From Eledone cirrhosa (taxonomy: Eukaryota), in contig OZ024741.1 of NCBI GenBank assembly GCA_964016885.1, forward strand, positions 152,892,001 through 152,956,000: DNA of 64,000 nt, given 5' to 3'. The first letter of the stretch is position 1, and every line of letters begins with the position of its first letter. The notes under the pieces are model-generated. The model was not told where the DNA came from, ran no database searches, and saw nothing but the letters and a program-made list of their open reading frames with translations. This document shows, piece by piece, positions 57,801-64,000 of the stretch. The translations under genes and the position numbers were made by a program.

Positions 57801-60800
57801 GTCAGTAGATGGTGAGGAAGGGGTGTAATGTAGGGGTCAGTAGATGGTGTGGAAGGGGTGGAATGTAGGGGTCAGTAGATGGTGTGGAAGGGGTGTAATG
57901 TAGGGGTCAGTAGATGGTGTGGAAGGGGTGGAATGTAGGGGTCAGTAGATGGTGTGGAAGGGATGGAATGTAGGGGTCAGAAGATGGTGAGGAAGGGGTG
58001 TAATGTAGGTTCAGTAGATGGTGTGGAAGGGGTGTAATGTAGGGGTCAGTAGATGGTGAGGAAAGGGTGTAATGTAGGGGTCAGTAGATGGTGTGGAAGG
58101 GGTGGAATGTAGGGGTCAGTAGATGGTGTGGAAGGGGGGTAATGTAGGGGTCAGTAGATGGTGTGGAAGGGTTGGAATGTAGGGGTCAGTAGATGGTGTG
58201 GAAGGGGTGTAATGTAGGGGTCAGTAGATGGTGTGGAAGAGGTGGAATGTAGGGGTCAGTAGATGGTGTGGAAGGGCTGCAATGTAGGGGTCAGTAGATG
58301 GTGTGGAAGGGGTGGAATGTAATAGTCACTAGATGGTGTGGAAGGGGTGGAATGTAGGGGTCAGTAGATGGTGTGGAAGGGGTGGAATGTAGTGGTCAGT
58401 AGATGGTGTGGAAGGGGTGTAATGTAGGGGTCAGTAGATGGTGTGGAAGGGGTGGAATGTAGGGGTCAGTAGATGGTGTGGAAGGGGCGTAATGTAGGGG
58501 TCAATTGATGGTGTGGAAGGGATGTAATGTAGGGGTCAGTAGATGGTGTGGAAGAGGTGCAATGTAGGGGTCAGTAGATGGTGTGGAAGGGGTGTAATGT
58601 ATTGGTCAGTAGATGGTTTGGAAGGGGTGTAATGTAGTGGTCAGTAAATGGTGTGGAAGGGGTGGGATGTAGTGGTCAGTAGATGGTGTGGAAAGGGTGA
58701 AATGTAGTGGTCAGTAGATGGTGTGGAAGGGGTGGAATATAGGGGTCAGTAGATGGTGTGGAAGGGGTGGAATGTAGTGGTCAGTAGATGGTGTGGAAGT
58801 GGTGTAATGTAGGGGTCAGTAGATGGTGAGAACGGGGTGGAATGTAGGGGTCAGTAGATGGTGTGGTAGGGGTGTAATGTAGGGGTCAGTAGATGGTGTG
58901 AAAGAGGTGGAATGTAGGGGTCAGTAGATGGTGTGGAAGGGGTGTAATGTAGGGATCAGTAGATGGTGTGGAAGGGGTGGAATGTAGGGGTCAGTAGATG
59001 GTGAGGAAGGGGTGTAATGTAGGGTCAGTAGATGGTGTGGAAGGGGTGTAATGTAGGGGTCAGTAGATGGTGTGGAAGGGGTGGAATGTAGGGGTCAGTA
59101 GATGGTGAGGAAAGGGTGTAATGTAGGGGTCAGTAGATGGTGTGGAAGGGGTGGAATGTAGGGGTCAGTAGATGGTGTGGAAGGGGTGGAATGTAGGGGT
59201 CAGTAGATGGTGTGGGAGGGGGGTAATGTAGGGGTCAGTAGATAGTGTGGAAGGGTTGGAATGTAGGGGTCAGTAGATGGTGTGGAAGGGGTGGAATGTA
59301 GCGGTCAGTAGATGGTGTGGAAGGGGTGTAATATAGGGGTCAGTAGATGGTGTGGAAGGGGTGGAATGTAGGGGTCAGTAGATGGTGTGGAAGGGGTGGA
59401 ATGTAGGGGTCAGTAGATGGTGTGGAAGGGGTGGAATGTAGTGGTCAGTAGATGGTGTGGAAGGGGTGGAATGTAGTGGTCAGTAGATGGTGTGGAAGGG
59501 GTGGAATGTAGTGGTCAGTAGATGGTGTGGAAGGGGTGGAATGTAGTGGTCAGTAGATGGTGTGGAATGTAGTGGTCAGTAGATGGTGTGGAAGGGGTGG
59601 AATGTAGGGATCAGTAGATGGTGTGGAAGGGGTGGAATGTAGTGGTCAGTAGATGGTGTGGAAGGGGTGGAATGTAGTGGTCAGTAGATGGTGTGAACGG
59701 GGTGGAATGTAGGGGTCAGTAGATGGTGTGGAAGGGGTGGAATGTAGTGGTCAGTAGATGGTGTGGAAGGGGTGGAATGTAGTGGTCAGTAGATGGTGTG
59801 GAAGGGGTGGAATGTAGTGGTCAGTAGATGGTGTGAACGGGGTGGAATGTAGGGGTCAGTAGATGGTGTGGAAGGGGTGGAATGTAGTGGTCAGTAGATG
59901 GTGTGGAAGGGGTGGAATGTAGTGGTCAGTAGATGGTGTGAACGGGGTGGAATGTAGGGGTCAGTAGATGGTGTGGAAGGGGTGGAATGTAGTGGTCAGT
60001 AGATGGTGTGGAAGGGGTGGAATGTAGTGGTCAGTAGATGGTGTGAACGGGGTGGAATGTAGGGGTCAGTAGATGGTGTGAAAGGGGTGGAATGTAGTGG
60101 TCAGTAGATGGTGTGAACGGGGTGGAATGTAGGGGTCAGTAGATGGTGTGGAAGGGGTGGAATGTAGGGGTCAGTAGATGATGTGGAAGGGGTGTAATAT
60201 AGGGGTCAGTAGATGGTGTGGAAGGGCTGGAATGTAGGGGTCAGTAGATGGTGTGGAAGGGGTGGAATGTAGTGGTCAGTAGATGGTGTAGAAGGGGTGT
60301 AATGTAGGGGTCAATTGATGGTGTGGAACGGGTGTAATGTAGGGGTCAGTAGATGGTGTGGAAGAGGTGTAATGTAGGGGTCAGTAGATGGTGTGGAAGG
60401 GGTGGGATGTAGTGGTCAGTAGATGGTGTGGAAGGGGTGGAATGTAGTGGTCAGTAGATGGTGAGGAAGGGGTGTAATATAGTGGTCAGTAGATGGTGTG
60501 GAAGGGGTGTAATATAGTGGTCAGTAGATGGTGTGGAAGGGGTGGAATGTAGGGGTCAGTAGATGGTGTGGAAGGGGTGGAATGTAGGGGTCAGTAGATG
60601 GTGTGGAAGGGGTGGAATGTAGTGGTCAGTAGATGGTGTGGAAGGGGTGGAATGTAGTGGTCAGTAGATGGTGTGGAAGGGGTGGAATGTAGTGGTCAGT
60701 AGATGGTGTGGAAGGGGTGGAATGTAGGGGTCAGTAGATGGTGTGGAAGGGGTGGAATGTAGTGGTCAGTAGATGGTGTGGAAGGGGTGGAATGTAGTGG

Positions 60801-63800
60801 TCAGTAGATGGTATGGAAGGGGTGTAATGTAGGGGTCAGTAGATGGTGTGGAAGAGGTGGAATGTAGGGGTCAGTAGATGGTGTGGAAGGGCTGGAATGT
60901 AGGGGTCAGTAGATGGTGTGGAAGGGGTGGAATGTAGTGGTCAGTAGATGGTGTAGAAGGGGTGTAATGTAGGGGTCAATTGATGGTGTGGAACGGGTGT
61001 AATGTAGGGGTCAGTAGATGGTGTGGAAGAGGTGTAATGTAGGGGTCAGTAGATGGTGTGGAAGGGGTGGGATGTAGTGGTCAGTAGATGGTGTGGAAGG
61101 GGTGGAATGTAGTGGTCAGTAGATGGTGTGGAAGGGGTGGAATGTAGGGGTCAGTAGATGGTGTGGAAGGGGTGGAATGTAGGGGTCAGTAGATGGTGTG
61201 GAAGGGGTGGAATGTAGTGGTCAGTAGATGGTGTGGAAGGGGTGGAATGTAGTGGTCAGTAGATGGTTTGGAAGGGGTGTAATGTAGGGGTCAGTAGATG
61301 GTGTGGAAGAGGTGGAATGTAGGGGTCAGTAGATGGTGTGGAAGGGCTGTAATGTAGGGGTCAGTAGATGGTGTGGAAGGGGTGGAATGTAGTGGTCAGT
61401 AGATGGTGTGGAAGGGGTGTAATGTAGGGGTCAATTGATGGTGTGGAAGGGGTGTAGTGTAGGGGTCAGTAGATGGTGTGGAAGAGGTGTAATGTAGGGG
61501 TCAGTAGATGGTGTGGAAGGGGTGTAATGTAGTGGTCAGTAGACGGTTTGGAAGGGGTGTAATGTAGTGGTCAGTAGATGGTGTAGAAGGGGTGGGATTT
61601 AGTGGTCAGTAGATGGTGTGGAAGGGGTGGAATGTAGTGGTCAGTAGATGGTGTGGAAGGGGTGGAATGTAGTGGTCAGTAGATGGTGTAGAAGGGGTGG
61701 GATTTAGTGGTCAGTAGATGGTGTGGAAGGGGTGGAATGTAGTGGTCAGTAGATGGTGTAGAAGGGGTGGGATTTAGTGGTCAGTAGATGGTGTGGAAGG
61801 GGTGGAATGTAATGGTCAGTAGATGGTGTGGAAGGGGTGGAATGTAGTGGTCAGTAGATGGTGTGGAAGGGGTGGAATGTAGGGGTCAGTAGATGGTGTG
61901 GTAGGGGTGTAATGTAGGGGTCAGTAGATGGTGTGAAAGAGGTGGAATGTAGGGGTCAGTAGATGGTGTGGAAGGGGTGAAATGTAGTGGTCAGTAGATG
62001 GTGTAGAAGGGGTGGGATTTAGTGGTCAGTAGATGGTGTGGAAGGGGTGGAATGTAGTGGTCAGTAGATGGTGTGGAAGGGGTGGAATGTAGTGGTCAGT
62101 AGATGGTGTGGAAGGGGTGGAATGTAGGGGTCAGTAGATGGTGTGGTAGGGGTGTAATGTAGGGGTCAGTAGATGGTGTGAAAGAGGTGGAATGTAGGGG
62201 TCAGTAGATGGTGTGGAAGGGGTGTAATGTAGGGGTCAGTAGATGGTGTGGAAGGGGTGTAATGTAGAGGTCAGTAGATGGTGTGGAAGGGGTGTAATGT
62301 AGGGGTCAGTAGATGGTGTGGAAGGGGTGGAATGTAGTGGTCAGTTGATGGTGTGGAAGGGGTGTAATGTAGGGGTCAGTAGATGGTGAGGAAGGGGTGT
62401 AATGTAGGGGTCAGTAGATGGTGTGGAAGGGGTGGAATGTAGGGGTCAGTAGATGGTGTGGAAGGGGTGTAATGTAGGGGTCAGTAGATGGTGTGGAAGG
62501 GGTGGAATGTAGGGGTCAGTAGATGGTGTGGAAGGGATGGAATGTAGGGGTCAGAAGATGGTGAGGAAGGGGTGTAATGTAGGTTCAGTAGATGGTGTGG
62601 AAGGGGTGTAATGTAGGGGTCAGTAGATGGTGAGGAAAGGGTGTAATGTAGGGGTCAGTAGATGGTGTGGAAGGGGTGGAATGTAGGGGTCAGTAGATGG
62701 TGTGGAAGGGGGGTAATGTAGGGGTCAGTAGATGGTGTGGAAGGGTTGGAATGTAGGGGTCAGTAGATGGTGTGGAAGGGGTGTAATGTAGGGGTCAGTA
62801 GATGGTGTGGAAGAGGTGGAATGTAGGGGTCAGTAGATGGTGTGGAAGGGCTGCAATGTAGGGGTCAGTAGATGGTGTGGAAGGGGTGGAATGTAATAGT
62901 CACTAGATGGTGTGGAAGGGGTGGAATGTAGGGGTCAGTAGATGGTGTGGAAGGGGTGGAATGTAGTGGTCAGTAGATGGTGTGGAAGGGGTGTAATGTA
63001 GGGGTCAGTAGATGGTGTGGAAGGGGTGGAATGTAGGGGTCAGTAGATGGTGTGGAAGGGGCGTAATGTAGGGGTCAATTGATGGTGTGGAAGGGATGTA
63101 ATGTAGGGGTCAGTAGATGGTGTGGAAGAGGTGCAATGTAGGGGTCAGTAGATGGTGTGGAAGGGGTGTAATGTATTGGTCAGTAGATGGTTTGGAAGGG
63201 GTGTAATGTAGTGGTCAGTAAATGGTGTGGAAGGGGTGGGATGTAGTGGTCAGTAGATGGTGTGGAAAGGGTGAAATGTAGTGGTCAGTAGATGGTGTGG
63301 AAGGGGTGGAATATAGGGGTCAGTAGATGGTGTGGAAGGGGTGGAATGTAGTGGTCAGTAGATGGTGTGGAAGTGGTGTAATGTAGGGGTCAGTAGATGG
63401 TGAGAACGGGGTGGAATGTAGGGGTCAGTAGATGGTGTGGTAGGGGTGTAATGTAGGGGTCAGTAGATGGTGTGAAAGAGGTGGAATGTAGGGGTCAGTA
63501 GATGGTGTGGAAGGGGTGTAATGTAGGGATCAGTAGATGGTGTGGAAGGGGTGGAATGTAGGGGTCAGTAGATGGTGAGGAAGGGGTGTAATGTAGGGTC
63601 AGTAGATGGTGTGGAAGGGGTGTAATGTAGGGGTCAGTAGATGGTGTGGAAGGGGTGGAATGTAGGGGTCAGTAGATGGTGAGGAAAGGGTGTAATGTAG
63701 GGGTCAGTAGATGGTGTGGAAGGGGTGGAATGTAGGGGTCAGTAGATGGTGTGGAAGGGGTGGAATGTAGGGGTCAGTAGATGGTGTGGGAGGGGGGTAA

Positions 63801-64000
63801 TGTAGGGGTCAGTAGATAGTGTGGAAGGGTTGGAATGTAGGGGTCAGTAGATGGTGTGGAAGGGGTGGAATGTAGCGGTCAGTAGATGGTGTGGAAGGGG
63901 TGTAATATAGGGGTCAGTAGATGGTGTGGAAGGGGTGGAATGTAGGGGTCAGTAGATGGTGTGGAAGGGGTGGAATGTAGGGGTCAGTAGATGGTGTGGA
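51886..64000. repeat. 35-bp satellite GTCAGTAGATGGTGTGGAAGGGGTG(G/T)AATGTAG(G/T)G, ~345 copies, running off the window
   Basis: Directly visible tandem array. Confidence 0.98.

Overview
AT-rich, repeat-dense animal genomic DNA. The SINE, RTE and (TA)n repertoire looks like a cephalopod (Octopus-like); this is inference. Two long intron-free ORFs are present: an mTERF-like protein (~4870-6147) and a 794-aa LRR-only protein (34365-36749). There may also be a divergent first coding exon near 1.6 kb. Most of the rest is mobile or repetitive DNA: RTE LINE fragments, a frameshifted L1/Tx1-type ORF2, Penelope-like (PLE) GIY-YIG fragments, a Tigger relic, Helitron- and hAT-type non-autonomous elements, SINEs, multi-kb (TA)n tracts, a variable-unit minisatellite, and a 12-kb 35-bp satellite with a 4574-bp internal duplication. 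The most striking unannotated signal is a set of short elements, unrelated in sequence and lying in or beside (TA)n tracts, that carry type I hammerhead ribozyme motifs (CTGANGA...GAAA...NUH with pairing stems). Many are arranged as palindromes or tandem units, and several junctions fall in or next to the ribozyme. All folds and coordinates were worked out by eye.
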